A DNA stretch of 64,000 nucleotides from Patescibacteria group bacterium UBA5147 (GCA_002415345.1 DHXV01000001.1:136305-200304); one strand, 5' to 3'. Shown: positions 10,400 through 21,159, numbered from the stretch's first letter. Program-made: numbers and translations. The notes: generated by a model from the letters alone, not told the origin.

Positions 10400-11569
10400 A
10401 TGAACAAACATATCATTGCGCAACGAATGAACCAATTCGACTCTACCCATCTAAGCCGTGCTTTTGCGCGGGCCGCTGCGATGACCAACCCGATCGATCT
10501 AAGTATCGGCTTTCCCGAAGACGATACGCCCGGCATAATCAAGAAAGCCGGTATCAAGGCTATCCAAAATAATAAGACCCGTTATACGCCACCAAATGGC
10601 ACGCTAGCTTTACGCTCGGCCCTGGCTGCCAAGCTTGAACTAATGAACGGCATCGCAGCCACACCGGAAACCGTATCGGTTACACCTGGAGCTACGACGG
10701 GTATTCTGTTGGCCTACCTGGCTTTACTCAATCCAGGTGATGAAATCTTACTGCCGGACCCGTATTTTCCACCGTACCGTGACATCGCCACTATGCTCGG
10801 GGCTGTTCCGGTACTCATTGATACCTTTCCGGACTTCCAACTAACTGCCCGGCGCATTGAACCGCTAATTACCGAAAATACTCGTGTCCTTGTGATAAAT
10901 ACTCCCAATAACCCATCGGGCGCCGTCTATCCGGAGATAGAACTGCGACGGATAGCTCGACTCGCCAGGAAGCACAATATTACAATTATTGCCGACGAGA
11001 TTTATGAGCATTTCGCTTACGATATTCCCCACTTCAGTATCGGGAGTATTTATCATCAAACCTTGACGTTGAACGGATTTTCAAAAGCCTATGCCATGAC
11101 AGGTTGGAGGCTTGGCTATATGGCTGGTCCGCTGGCGATTATTGCAGCCATCAACCAGCTTCAGCAATATATCGTTTTCTCATCGTCATCGATTGCCCAA
11201 GAGGCTGGTGTCGCAGCTTTGCGCTTTGATCCTAGTAAACTAACTGACAAGTACCGGCGCAAGCGGGACCTAGTCCGAGAGTACCTAGCCGATTCGTATC
11301 ATTTAGCCGGCAGCCAGGGGGCCTTTTACGCTTTTATACCGGTGCCGACAGGTCACAACGATATCAGTTTCGCTCGCGCCGCCGTCGAGAAGAACGTGAT
11401 AATCCTTCCATCGAGAGCCTTTTCCATGCATACCGACTACGTGCGCATCGCCTTTGCAACTGATCGGTCAAAATTGGAACGGGGACTCAAAATAATGCGC
11501 GAGTTAGCTACAGACAGCTTGGTGGCAACGCCAATAATAAACGGAGCGGTAGCGGAATCACCAAATTAA
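10400..11569 (+). CDS. PLP-dependent aminotransferase, class I (aspartate/aromatic type)
   Basis: Motifs NPSGAVY and SFSKAYAMTGWRLGY (Lys-containing PLP site); 389 aa. Divergent from the 8821-10350 operon, 49 nt apart. Confidence 0.9.
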   Translation: MNKHIIAQRMNQFDSTHLSRAFARAAAMTNPIDLSIGFPEDDTPGIIKKAGIKAIQNNKTRYTPPNGTLALRSALAAKLELMNGIAATPETVSVTPGATTGILLAYLALLNPGDEILLPDPYFPPYRDIATMLGAVPVLIDTFPDFQLTARRIEPLITENTRVLVINTPNNPSGAVYPEIELRRIARLARKHNITIIADEIYEHFAYDIPHFSIGSIYHQTLTLNGFSKAYAMTGWRLGYMAGPLAIIAAINQLQQYIVFSSSSIAQEAGVAALRFDPSKLTDKYRRKRDLVREYLADSYHLAGSQGAFYAFIPVPTGHNDISFARAAVEKNVIILPSRAFSMHTDYVRIAFATDRSKLERGLKIMRELATDSLVATPIINGAVAESPN

Positions 11570-11633
11570 TATTAGAGTCACCCTCACCGGTTGACAGATT
11601 GAAACTTCTCAGCGAACAGGATACATTATTAGC

Positions 11634-12035
11634 ATGAGTACTAAAGCCAAAGTTGCGATAATTGAAGACGACATTGCGATCGTCCAGATGTACCGGATTA
11701 AGTTTGAGAGTGAAGGTTATAACGTTGAGACCGCCGGCGACGGCATAACAGGTCTTGAATTAATTGAATCATTTTCGCCCGATATTATTTTGCTCGATCT
11801 GATGATGCCTAACATGGACGGCTTGGCCATGCTCCAACGTCTCCGCGGCACCACCGAAGGCAAAAAAGCCCGCGTTGTCGTGCTCACCAATATGGGCGAC
11901 ACCGAGACGGCCACCAAAGTTTACAAAATGGCGGCCGATGATTACATCGTTAAAGCCGAGATGACGCCTAAGCAAGTTGCCGAGCGCGTCAGGCTGCTGC
12001 TGGCCAAGAAGCCGGAAGAGCTGGCCGGCGCCTAA
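11634..12035 (+). CDS. Single-domain response regulator, paralog B (orphan)
   Basis: Receiver motifs (VAIIEDD...ILLDLMMP...KAEMTPKQV); no kinase is adjacent. Confidence 0.85.
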   Translation: MSTKAKVAIIEDDIAIVQMYRIKFESEGYNVETAGDGITGLELIESFSPDIILLDLMMPNMDGLAMLQRLRGTTEGKKARVVVLTNMGDTETATKVYKMAADDYIVKAEMTPKQVAERVRLLLAKKPEELAGA

Positions 12036-12047
12036 TTCGGCGCGGTT

Positions 12048-12824
12048 CTAGTTTTTGCTTAGTTCGGCGGCAATCAGCAAATTGTCGAATAAGGCGGCGA
12101 CCGTCATCGGTCCGACTCCGCCCGGATTCGGCGTGCGCGTGATATCGGTGCGGGCCAGCAGCTCCCGTGACAACTCGCTGGCGGGCGATCCGCAGTCCAC
12201 CACCACGGCACCCGGCTTGATCATGGTGCTGGTTATGGCCTCTGGCGTGCCCGTGGCAGTTACCACGATATCGGCGGCGAGTACTTTTTCCGTAATATCT
12301 TTGGTCGTAATATCGATGCGCTCCACGTGCTCACCGGAGGCTTGCAGCGCGTCCGACAGCGGCTTGCCGATTAGCCGGCCCTGACCCACGACGGCGATCA
12401 GCTGGTTTTTGAGGTCGATGTTATAGGCCGCCAGCAGCCACAAAACCGCCTTTTGCGTCGCAGAGTCATAACGCGGATCGGGGCCCAAGCCGTCCACGTC
12501 CTTGGCAGGATCGACGGCCGCCAGTACCTCATCTGTGATATCTGCGGGGGAAATGGGCAGTTGGACGATAATTCCGGTCACGGGGTTCTGCGAGTTCAAT
12601 GCCTTCACCCGGTTGATAATAGTATCCGCCGTTTCGGTAAACACCGTCACCGGGACACCGATTTCCTCGCCATAGTGAACTTTGGCGGCCAGGTATTTGG
12701 CGGTGGCTTCGTCGTCCCCCATGCTAACAATGGCGAGTCCTGGAATAAAGCCGAGCCCGCGGACAGTGCGCACGTGCCGTTCCTGCAGATACTCGGCGAC
12801 TTGGCGCCCGTCCAGCAGTTTCAT
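12048..12824 (-). CDS. folD: Bifunctional 5,10-methylene-THF dehydrogenase / methenyl-THF cyclohydrolase FolD
   Basis: Motifs GIIVQLP, VDGLGP and PGGVGPMTVA. Confidence 0.9.
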   Translation of the reverse strand: MKLLDGRQVAEYLQERHVRTVRGLGFIPGLAIVSMGDDEATAKYLAAKVHYGEEIGVPVTVFTETADTIINRVKALNSQNPVTGIIVQLPISPADITDEVLAAVDPAKDVDGLGPDPRYDSATQKAVLWLLAAYNIDLKNQLIAVVGQGRLIGKPLSDALQASGEHVERIDITTKDITEKVLAADIVVTATGTPEAITSTMIKPGAVVVDCGSPASELSRELLARTDITRTPNPGGVGPMTVAALFDNLLIAAELSKN

Positions 12825-13564
12825 ACTTCCACTACCACGGCGCGCCCGTCGGTGAAGTATTCGGCGCCGTAGCCGTTGGTAGCCGTCTCTGAGGCCAGCA
12901 CCGAATCGTTCATCCAGACACTTTTTAGCCTGAGAGCACCCTGTTCCTCGAGGGAGTTGACGACAAAAGTGCGCTCACGGTCCAAATTCGGATCAATAGC
13001 ATGGTGGATAAACGGCGGGGACAATTGAACCTTTAACCTGGTATCGAAACTTGCGGCGGCCACCCAAACGCGTTTATCACCTGGCAGGAGCATGCCTGTA
13101 CGCCAAATGCGCACATGATGGCGGCGCTTGAAACTGCCAGCTTTGGTTACTTGTTGGTAAGCCAGGTCCTGGAGGCCAATATTGACGAACAGCGGTGTAA
13201 ACGGACCGGTACGGTACGGCCGTCGTGCGAGCACCGACAATGCTCCGTATAACAGATGAAACGGCGTCCCAGGATTGGCTCGATGCCAGCCGGCCCTGCG
13301 GAAGGTATGCTTAATATCGGCGTCACGCCCAATGAATACCAGATTCATCGGATCCATCTTGGCACCAGTAACGCTGTAACAATTGCGCGGGAGGCGGGCC
13401 GCCTCTTCGTCGGTAAAGTCCATGAGGGCGGTATGCCGCATGAAACGAGGCTTGTAAATTGTCTCAAGGCCGGTGGCGTGGAGAATATAGGCGACTATTC
13501 GCAGCGGCGAGAACGATACCCGTCTGGCAATCCGCTTCATTTGAGGTTGATTTGGGGTTCGCAT
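12821..13564 (-). CDS. Hypothetical protein, LssY C-terminal-like domain
   Basis: DPMNLVFIG..W...RRHHVRIW segments resemble the LssY_C family; weak call. Confidence 0.4.
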   Translation of the reverse strand: MRTPNQPQMKRIARRVSFSPLRIVAYILHATGLETIYKPRFMRHTALMDFTDEEAARLPRNCYSVTGAKMDPMNLVFIGRDADIKHTFRRAGWHRANPGTPFHLLYGALSVLARRPYRTGPFTPLFVNIGLQDLAYQQVTKAGSFKRRHHVRIWRTGMLLPGDKRVWVAAASFDTRLKVQLSPPFIHHAIDPNLDRERTFVVNSLEEQGALRLKSVWMNDSVLASETATNGYGAEYFTDGRAVVVEV

Positions 13565-13595
13565 AACTAAGTAACTATACGCTTTTTAGGCTTGG

Positions 13596-14834
13596 TTGGA
13601 CAGGACCTGGCAGGGGCTGCCGTCGGTTTATCAGGCAAGTTTAAGAAAGATAAGTTATTATTACAAAATGCATCCCAGCCCCAGCGCCATGACCGACCAG
13701 CCCAAGACGACATCAAAGCGCATCTTGGCGTTCGATATCCTGCGCGGCTATTTTATCCTGCTGATTGCCAGCGTCCACCTCCATTATTATCCGTCGCTGC
13801 TGGGACTGTTTGATGGCCGCGGGCAGATTTGGACCTCGGAAGCCGAAGGTTTTTTCTTTATCTCCGGACTCCTGATCGGCATTATCCGGCGGCGGGACAT
13901 CACCACTGGCGGATTTAAGGTTGCCGCCGCCAAACTGTGGCGCCGCAGCGGACGGCTGTACGTGGTGAGCATCGCCTTGAGCATCCTGTATCTGGTGATT
14001 GCCCGGGACGCCGCGTTCTACGGAATTGCCGGCTTCAAAGAAGGGCTCGACCAAACCAGTAATTTTGTCCCGCTGCTCGTACGCGTGGTCACGCTCGGCT
14101 ATAGTTACGGCTGGGCTGATTTCCTCAATTACTACGTGGTCTTCTTGTTCCTGTCCCCCTTCCTGCTTTGGTTGTTGGTGCGACGCCAATGGCTCATTGT
14201 GTTATTGCTGGTTGCGAGCGGCTGGGTGCTCCGCTGGAGCGGCGACTGGGGCACCTTCAACCCCTACCTCCAATGGCAGATCTTCTTCTTCATGGGCGTA
14301 ATCCTGGGATTTTACTGGCCCAGACTCGAGCATGCTTTCCGCTCCCTGCCGTCCGCCAGGCGCAAACTAATCAAAGTTGGCGCGGTTACGGCCAGCACCC
14401 TTATTTATCTCAGCGGCATGATTTTAGTCTTTATCCCCCAGTATTTTGAACACCGGGTTGTGCCGGGCGGATTTTGGGGAGGGGTGACACACTTGATCCA
14501 GACGGCCGCGGCCAATCCGTGGTACCAGTCGATGCTGGTTGACGGGCGTCTGGGGCTGCTCCGGCCGCTGGTCTGGCTGATGGTGTTAGGGGGAATGTAC
14601 GTGATCGTGCGTCGGTTCGAGAGCAGAATTCTGAGAGTTGCAGGTTGGCTGTTGGTCGCGTTTGGGGCAAACTCCCTTTACGCTTATATCCTGCAGAGCG
14701 TGCTGTTGTTTGGCGTGGCGTTCGTTCTGGTACCGAGCGGTTTTATCATCAATTCAATAATTGAAATAAGTATCATCATGCTGGTATGGCTGGCAATCCG
14801 AAAGCGGTTCTTGTTCAGGATTATTCCGCGCTAA
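13596..14834 (+). CDS. Polytopic membrane protein, acyltransferase-3/OpgC-like
   Basis: ILAFDILRGYFILLIA start motif and ~10 TM helices. The true start may be the internal M near 13660. Confidence 0.5.
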   Translation: MDRTWQGLPSVYQASLRKISYYYKMHPSPSAMTDQPKTTSKRILAFDILRGYFILLIASVHLHYYPSLLGLFDGRGQIWTSEAEGFFFISGLLIGIIRRRDITTGGFKVAAAKLWRRSGRLYVVSIALSILYLVIARDAAFYGIAGFKEGLDQTSNFVPLLVRVVTLGYSYGWADFLNYYVVFLFLSPFLLWLLVRRQWLIVLLLVASGWVLRWSGDWGTFNPYLQWQIFFFMGVILGFYWPRLEHAFRSLPSARRKLIKVGAVTASTLIYLSGMILVFIPQYFEHRVVPGGFWGGVTHLIQTAAANPWYQSMLVDGRLGLLRPLVWLMVLGGMYVIVRRFESRILRVAGWLLVAFGANSLYAYILQSVLLFGVAFVLVPSGFIINSIIEISIIMLVWLAIRKRFLFRIIPR

Positions 14835-16111
14835 GCGGTAGCCTTGGTGCAAATCGGGCATTCGTCTTGACGCTTGTTGTCGAGACCCCACACTCTTAGG
14901 GCGCGGGACAAGCTTTCGATATCAGTATACCCGATGAAATCACCCACCCGACGCAGTAACCAACCCAGGTAACCATAAACGTGCAGCTTGCCGTGTTCGA
15001 CGGCCGCCCAGCCGTTGCCAACCGGTATGACACTGGTTGGAGTCTTCTGCCTATAAGTTTTGCGTTTCCCGCCGGCCAGTTTGCTGGCGATATCGGCGGC
15101 AACAAACCTGGCATCGGCGACCGCCGTTTCGGCCGAACCGCCATGAGGCATGGCGGCGTTATCGCCAATCACGTAAAGGTCCGGTCCGGCTTCCATAAAC
15201 TCATTCACCTCCACTCGGCCATTTTTGGCTAGCGTAAAGGAGTCGGCGTTGTTGCGGAAAAACGGATTATTTGCCACTCCGGCCGTCCACACCACGGTTT
15301 TGGTCGTGATGGACTCACCTTTGAGCTGGAGCCGGTCGACGGTCTCACCCTCGACGACCGCGCCGGTCATCACGTGGACGCCCAGCTTCTCCAACCGTTC
15401 CTGGATTCTCTTGGAGTGAGCTTCGCTTGAACGGGGCAACAGACGCGGGGCCGCCTCAACCAGATCAATCCGGTACTTGGGCGCCGAGACGCCGTGCAGG
15501 GCCACGATGCGCTCCATGTATTCGCTGAGGGCTGATGACAGCTCAATGCCGGTGGGGCCGCCGCCGACGATGACATAGTGGAGTTCAGGCTTGTGGCCCT
15601 TAATCAGCTGGTCGTGAAGGTGTTGCTTGAATTCCATGGCGTCGCCGATGGTCTTGATGCCGTAGGAGAATTTGTCGAGTCCCGGGATGCCGAAATAATT
15701 GGTGACGCTGCCGGTCGCTAAAATCAGCTGACCGTAAGGGTAAACCTCGCCGGATGCGCCGGTTACGGTATGGGCCGCGGTATCAACCAGGTTAATAGTA
15801 TCAACGATGATTTTAACCTTGGTGTCGGACAGTAACCCCACCAGCGGGATAGAGGCTTCGGCCCGGGAACCCCCGGTAGCCGCATGATAAAGCTGCGGAA
15901 AATAAGCGAAGGTGTCGGTAGCAGAAATGAGCGTTACGCTCAAGCCTGCTTGGTGGCCGAGGCTTAGGGCGGCGCGAACTCCGGCGAACCCGCCGCCAAC
16001 GATGATGATGTGCTGCCTGGTTGCGGCGGATGGGATGGTTGTCATTAGGTTAATCATAAGCAATATGACAGATAACGTCCAGCCGGGAGCTGCAGGTCGG
16101 GCGGGTTGCAT
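14831..16111 (-). CDS. ndh: Type II NADH:quinone oxidoreductase (NDH-2), FAD/NAD-binding
   Basis: N-terminal dinucleotide-binding site IIIVGGGFAGVRAA and a second GG motif (YVIVGGGPTGIE). The start may be the internal M (MINLMTT..). Confidence 0.8.
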   Translation of the reverse strand: MQPARPAAPGWTLSVILLMINLMTTIPSAATRQHIIIVGGGFAGVRAALSLGHQAGLSVTLISATDTFAYFPQLYHAATGGSRAEASIPLVGLLSDTKVKIIVDTINLVDTAAHTVTGASGEVYPYGQLILATGSVTNYFGIPGLDKFSYGIKTIGDAMEFKQHLHDQLIKGHKPELHYVIVGGGPTGIELSSALSEYMERIVALHGVSAPKYRIDLVEAAPRLLPRSSEAHSKRIQERLEKLGVHVMTGAVVEGETVDRLQLKGESITTKTVVWTAGVANNPFFRNNADSFTLAKNGRVEVNEFMEAGPDLYVIGDNAAMPHGGSAETAVADARFVAADIASKLAGGKRKTYRQKTPTSVIPVGNGWAAVEHGKLHVYGYLGWLLRRVGDFIGYTDIESLSRALRVWGLDNKRQDECPICTKATA

Positions 16112-16182
16112 TCGGTTTTGCTATCAGAGCTGATATAGTTGTTTCATAATGCTTAGCTTTATCTCAAGATTATCGGCAACCA

Positions 16183-17043
16183 ATGAATAAAACCAATAAG
16201 GTGGCTCTGGTCGTCGTGGCCGGGCTGGCGGCAGTCGCATCAATTTTCTTGGTGCTTCATGGCAGCGATCTCACCATCCTCAATCCCAAAGGCCCGATTG
16301 CCGAAAAACAACGCAATCTAATACTGTTTGCGGCGCTGCTTAGCGTCATCGTCGTCATTCCGGTATTTATCCTCACTTTTACCATTGCTTGGAAATACCG
16401 CGCCGGGAACGTGGCCGCTCGTTATACTCCGGACTGGGATTATAATGCCAAGTTGGAAGTCGTCTGGTGGGGTATCCCCTGCGCCATTATCCTGGTGCTT
16501 AGCGTCGTCACCTGGCAGAGCTCCCACGACTTGGATCCGTATAAGCCCCTGGCGGGGTCGGCTAAGCCGATTACCATCCAGGTGGTGGCCTTGCAGTGGA
16601 AATGGCTGTTCATCTATCCGGATCAACAGATCGCAACCGTCAATTACGTTCGGTTCCCTGCTGGCACGCCCGTAAATCTTGAGATTACCGCCGACGCGCC
16701 CATGAACTCGTTTTGGATTCCGGAATTGGGCGGGCAAATTTATGCAATGCCTGGCATGTCCACCGGGTTGCATCTGATGGCCGACTCCGCCGGTAGCTAT
16801 CGGGGGTCATCCGCCAACCTCAGCGGCCGCGGCTTTGCCGGAATGAGATTCGTGGCCGAATCCACCACGCAAGCCGACTTTGACCGCTGGGTTTCCGAAG
16901 TTAGAACGTCGCCGAACCACCTGGACAGCGTCAGTTACGCCAAACTCCAGGAGCCGAGCGAAAATAATGCCCGTACCACTTATGCGACGGCTCAACTGGA
17001 TCTCTATGATAAGGTGATAACCAAGTACATGAGGATAGAATAA
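16183..17043 (+). CDS. cyoA: Quinol oxidase subunit II (CyoA-type, lacks CuA cysteines)
   Basis: Signal peptide/TM plus 2 TM. The cupredoxin region ([18 protein letters not shown]) lacks the CxxxC CuA ligands, consistent with a quinol rather than cytochrome c oxidase. Confidence 0.8.
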   Translation: MNKTNKVALVVVAGLAAVASIFLVLHGSDLTILNPKGPIAEKQRNLILFAALLSVIVVIPVFILTFTIAWKYRAGNVAARYTPDWDYNAKLEVVWWGIPCAIILVLSVVTWQSSHDLDPYKPLAGSAKPITIQVVALQWKWLFIYPDQQIATVNYVRFPAGTPVNLEITADAPMNSFWIPELGGQIYAMPGMSTGLHLMADSAGSYRGSSANLSGRGFAGMRFVAESTTQADFDRWVSEVRTSPNHLDSVSYAKLQEPSENNARTTYATAQLDLYDKVITKYMRIE

Positions 17044-17047
17044 ATAT

Positions 17048-19021
17048 ATGCTGGGTAAACTAACCTTTGACGCCCTGCCGCACGACCCGATTGTTATCGG
17101 CGGAGCCGTTACCATGGTCCTGGCGATAATCGGCATAATTGCCCTTATCACCTTCCTCAAACGATGGCGGTGGCTGTGGCGTGAATGGCTCACTTCCGTC
17201 GATCCGAAAAAGATTGGCGTGATGTATATCGTGGTCGCCGTGGTCATGTTGCTCCGCGGCGTCATGGATGCGGCCATGATCCGGGCGCAGCAGGCATTAT
17301 CGGTTGGTAGCGCGCACGGCTTCTTAAACTCCGACCACTTCCAACAGATTTTTTCCGCCCACGGCACCATCATGATTTTCTTCGTCGCCATGGGCCTGAT
17401 GTTCGGCCTGATCAACCTGATTGTGCCGCTGCAAATCGGCGCCCGCGACGTCGCCTTCCCGTTCATGAACTCCGTCAGCTTCTGGCTGTTTGCGGCCGGC
17501 ATGGTACTGGTGAACCTGTCGCTGGCCGTGGGAGAGTTCGCCGCCGCCGGCTGGCTGGCCTACCCGCCGCTGTCGGAGTTGGCCTACAGCCCGGGGGTCG
17601 GGGTGGATTATTGGCTGTGGAGCATTCAAATTGCCGGCATCGGCAGTTTGCTGTCCGGGATCAACTTTTTGGTGACGATTCTCAAACTGCGCTGCCCCGG
17701 AATGACGCTGATGAAGATGCCGGTTTTCGTGTGGAGCGTCCTGGTGACAATGGTGATGGTTATTTTCGCCTTCCCTATCCTCACGGCCACGCTCGCCATG
17801 CTGGCGCTGGACCGCACGCTGGGCATGCACTTCTTTACCTCCGGTTTCGGCGGCAATCCCATGATGTACGTCAATCTGATCTGGGCGTGGGGTCATCCGG
17901 AAGTCTACATCCTGGTGCTCCCGGCCTTCGGGATTTACTCGGAGGTGGTGGCGACCTATTCCCGCAAGCGCCTGTTTGGCTATACCTCCATGGTGGTGGC
18001 GCTCATCGCCATCGCTTTCCTGTCGTTCATCGTCTGGCTGCACCACTTCTTTACCATGGGCGCGGGAGCGGACGTTAACGCCTTCTTTGGCATCATGACC
18101 ATGGTGATTGCCATCCCCACCGGCGTTAAGGTCTTCAACTGGCTGTTCACGATGTTCCGCGGCCGGGTGCATTTCAACACCCCGATGCTCTGGTTCATGG
18201 GCTTTGTCACCACCTTTACAATTGGCGGATCGACCGGAGTGCTAATGGCGGTGCCGGCCATCGACTTCCAGATGCATAACAGCCTGTTCCTGGTGGCCCA
18301 CTTCCACAACATGATTATCGGCGGCGTCGTGTTCGGCTATTTTGCCGGCATTACCTACTGGTTCCCTAAGATCTTCGGCTTCAAGCTCAACGAGCGGCTG
18401 GGCCGGTACGCTTTCTGGTGTTGGATCATCGGCTTTTTACTAGCCTTCGTGCCGCTCTATATCCTGGGCATCATGGGCGCCACCCGACGTCTGGACCACT
18501 ACGATGCCTCCATGGGCTGGCAAGGTCTGTTCGTCGTCGCCGGCGTCGGCGTCATGGTGATCCTGCTGGGAATCGGTTTCCAGGTGTTGCAGATGGTGGT
18601 CAGTATCGTCCAGCGCAGGCAGAACATGGATACCACCGGCGACCCATGGGACGGCCGCACCCTGGAATGGTCCACGTCATCGCCGGCACCGTTTTATAAC
18701 TTCGCCATCACGCCGGTTGTCTCCGGACGTGACCCGTTCTGGGCGGCCAAACAGGCCAAGACGCCTGTGCCGACCAACCGCGTCTACGCCGATATAAACG
18801 TACCTAAGAACACGCCGATGGGCCTGATTATCGGCGGACTTAGTTTCCTGGCAGGCTTTGCCGTCATCTGGCACATCTGGTGGCTCGCCGCCTTGGGCCT
18901 GGCCGGCGTTATCCTGAGCTTAATTATCCGCCTGTCCGACGACGATTCCGAATACATTATTTCGGCAGCTGAACTTGAAAAACTGGACCGGGCAGCGGCC
19001 AAAGGAAGGAAATTCGCATGA
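17048..19021 (+). CDS. cyoB: Heme-copper oxidase subunit I (cytochrome bo3 quinol oxidase CyoB-type)
   Basis: 657 aa with conserved motifs [17 protein letters not shown] and HHFFTMG. Confidence 0.95.
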   Translation: MLGKLTFDALPHDPIVIGGAVTMVLAIIGIIALITFLKRWRWLWREWLTSVDPKKIGVMYIVVAVVMLLRGVMDAAMIRAQQALSVGSAHGFLNSDHFQQIFSAHGTIMIFFVAMGLMFGLINLIVPLQIGARDVAFPFMNSVSFWLFAAGMVLVNLSLAVGEFAAAGWLAYPPLSELAYSPGVGVDYWLWSIQIAGIGSLLSGINFLVTILKLRCPGMTLMKMPVFVWSVLVTMVMVIFAFPILTATLAMLALDRTLGMHFFTSGFGGNPMMYVNLIWAWGHPEVYILVLPAFGIYSEVVATYSRKRLFGYTSMVVALIAIAFLSFIVWLHHFFTMGAGADVNAFFGIMTMVIAIPTGVKVFNWLFTMFRGRVHFNTPMLWFMGFVTTFTIGGSTGVLMAVPAIDFQMHNSLFLVAHFHNMIIGGVVFGYFAGITYWFPKIFGFKLNERLGRYAFWCWIIGFLLAFVPLYILGIMGATRRLDHYDASMGWQGLFVVAGVGVMVILLGIGFQVLQMVVSIVQRRQNMDTTGDPWDGRTLEWSTSSPAPFYNFAITPVVSGRDPFWAAKQAKTPVPTNRVYADINVPKNTPMGLIIGGLSFLAGFAVIWHIWWLAALGLAGVILSLIIRLSDDDSEYIISAAELEKLDRAAAKGRKFA

Positions 19022-19614
19022 CCAGCCTAGTCGCCCCCATCGAAACCGCCCGCATCGAATCGGACGAAAAAACATTGCTCGGTTTCTGGGTCTACCTCAT
19101 GACCGACTGCATCCTCTTCGGCAGCCTGTTTGCCACCTATGCCGTGTTGCACAACAACACCTTCGGCGGGCCCGCCGCCAGCCAACTGTTCAGCCTGCCC
19201 TATGTGTTGGGTGAAACTGTGGTCCTCTTAACTTCCAGCTTCACGGCTGGTTTGGGAATGCTGGCAGCGCACCGCCAGAATAAAAACCAGGTGGTGGTCT
19301 GGTTCAGCGTTACCCTGCTGCTGGGAGCCGCTTTCCTTACCATGGAGCTCACCGAATTTTCCAGACTGATCGCCGACGGCAACAGCTGGCAGCGGAGCGG
19401 CTTCTTGTCGGCGTTCTTCACGCTGGTCGGTACGCACGGCCTCCACATCGCCACCGGCCTCCTGTGGGGCATGGTCCTGCTAATTCAAGTGGCGCGGCGC
19501 GGGCTGGTGCGTGCGACCGTCCGTCGGTTGATGCTGCTGAGTCTGTTCTGGCATTTCCTGGATATCATCTGGATACTGATTTTCTCCATCGTCTTCATGA
19601 TGGGGGCATTATGA
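19018..19614 (+). CDS. cyoC: Quinol oxidase subunit III
   Basis: 198 aa, 5 TM, GTHGLHI motif; overlaps the cyoB stop by 4 nt. Confidence 0.85.
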   Translation: MTSLVAPIETARIESDEKTLLGFWVYLMTDCILFGSLFATYAVLHNNTFGGPAASQLFSLPYVLGETVVLLTSSFTAGLGMLAAHRQNKNQVVVWFSVTLLLGAAFLTMELTEFSRLIADGNSWQRSGFLSAFFTLVGTHGLHIATGLLWGMVLLIQVARRGLVRATVRRLMLLSLFWHFLDIIWILIFSIVFMMGAL

Positions 19615-19988
19615 TAAAAATCACTCCGCACGGAACGCTCCTGTCCTACGTCAGTGGCTTCGTGTTTTCGCTCGCGCTCACGTTGACCGTGTTCGTCTTG
19701 GTCAACAACCATGTCACAAGCGGCCACGCGGCTTACTCACACGGCTTTTTGGCCCTGGTTATCATGGGCCTGGCCGTCGTGCAGCTCATCGTTCAATTGG
19801 TGTTCTTCCTGCACCTGGGCGCGGAAGCCAAGCCGCGCTGGAATCTGGCAGTCTTTCTATTCATGATGGTGGTCCTAGTGGTCATTGTCGGCGGGTCACT
19901 GTGGATTATTAATAACCTCAACTACCACATGCTGTCCCCCCAGGATACGAATTCCTTCATCATGAAGGATGAAGGAATCCACCGTTAA
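19610..19988 (+). CDS. cyoD: Quinol oxidase subunit IV (small 3-TM subunit)
   Basis: ATG overlaps the cyoC stop (ATGA). 126 aa, 3 TM. The listed longer ORF 19464-19988 is an upstream extension in the same frame. Confidence 0.6.
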
Positions 19989-20851
19989 TGCGGGACGCCG
20001 TCAACACCTACTACCAGCTAACCAAGCCCGGAATTATTTACGGTAATGCGCTGGCTGCCATCGGCGGGTTTCTCCTGGCGTCAAAGGGCCATTTCGATGT
20101 CCTGTTGTTCGCGGCGATGCTGACTGGCTCCTCTCTGGTGATAGCGTCCGGCTGCGTCTTCAATAACTATTTGGACCGGGAAATTGATGCCCATATGGCG
20201 CGTACCAAGAAGCGGGCGCTGGTCAGTGGGCGGGTGTCCGCACGCAACGCCATCATCTACGCGACCCTGCTGGGTCTGGTTGGCTTCACGGTGCTAGCGA
20301 CCTACACCAACCGGTTGACCGTCGCCATCGGGCTCGTCGGTATTGTCTTTTACGTCATAGTTTATGGCTTCGCTAAGCGGCACTCTGTCCATGGCACTCT
20401 GGTGGGCACGATATCCGGTGCGACGCCGCCGGTGGCCGGTTATTGCGCCGTGACAGGGCGGCTTGATCTGGGAGCTGTGTTGCTTTTTCTGATTCTGGTC
20501 TTCTGGCAAATGCCACATTTTTACGCCATTGCCATGTACCGGGCCAAAGATTACGCCGCAGCCAAGCTGCCGGTGCTGCCAGTAGTTAAGGGTGAGCAGA
20601 TAACCAAAATCCAGATGCTGGTTTACGTCATTGGCTTCATGCTAGCGACGGCCCTCCTGACTGGCTTCGGGTACACCGGCTACGTGTTCCTAGCGGTAAT
20701 GACGCTGATTGGACTTATCTGGCTCAAGTCCAGCCTCCAGGGATTCACAGCCCCGGACAGCAACCTATGGGCTCGCAAAATGTTTAAATTCTCCCTGGTT
20801 GCACTGGTGGTATTCTGCCTGATGATATCCGTAGATAACGCTTTGGCTTAA
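19988..20851 (+). CDS. cyoE: Protoheme IX farnesyltransferase (heme O synthase)
   Basis: UbiA-family motifs NNYLDREIDAHMARTKKR and WQMPHF; start overlaps the cyoD stop (TAATG). Confidence 0.9.
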   Translation: MRDAVNTYYQLTKPGIIYGNALAAIGGFLLASKGHFDVLLFAAMLTGSSLVIASGCVFNNYLDREIDAHMARTKKRALVSGRVSARNAIIYATLLGLVGFTVLATYTNRLTVAIGLVGIVFYVIVYGFAKRHSVHGTLVGTISGATPPVAGYCAVTGRLDLGAVLLFLILVFWQMPHFYAIAMYRAKDYAAAKLPVLPVVKGEQITKIQMLVYVIGFMLATALLTGFGYTGYVFLAVMTLIGLIWLKSSLQGFTAPDSNLWARKMFKFSLVALVVFCLMISVDNALA

Positions 20852-20854
20852 ATT

Positions 20855-21127
20855 ATGTATACTGGAGCTATGATTTTAATTACCCACATCGTCATTGCCC
20901 TATCGAGCCTGGTTTATACGACCTACGTTCTGTTCTCACCTTCGGCCAAAAAGTTGCATGCCTCCTACGCCCTAGTGGGACTGACTCTTGCCACCGGAAC
21001 GGTTCTGGTTATCCGCAATCCGTCTCACCTGACGCAGGGCTGCAGTACAGCACTGCTGTATGTTGGAATTGTCACGGTCGCGATAGTGTCGGCTCACAGG
21101 AAACTGGCAGCAGAGGCAACCCGTTAG
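20855..21127 (+). CDS. Small hypothetical membrane protein (90 aa), last gene of the cyo operon
   Basis: 3 predicted TM; starts 4 nt after the cyoE stop. Confidence 0.4.
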   Translation: MYTGAMILITHIVIALSSLVYTTYVLFSPSAKKLHASYALVGLTLATGTVLVIRNPSHLTQGCSTALLYVGIVTVAIVSAHRKLAAEATR

Positions 21128-21159
21128 TTCGTAAGTAAGTTTGGACATAGGCCGATTTT

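Noticed and set aside
16112-16182. Possible sigma70 promoter for the cyo operon (TTGCTA ... CATAAT)
   Set aside because: Spacer length is ~21 nt, outside the functional 16-19 nt range, and no better-spaced pair is present, so there is not enough support to call it.
17324-18172. 282-aa minus-strand ORF (His/Arg/Gly-rich) and other antisense ORFs inside cyoB/cyoA
   Set aside because: They lie entirely within the confidently identified heme-copper oxidase subunit I/II genes, and the composition is typical of GC-rich antisense frames.
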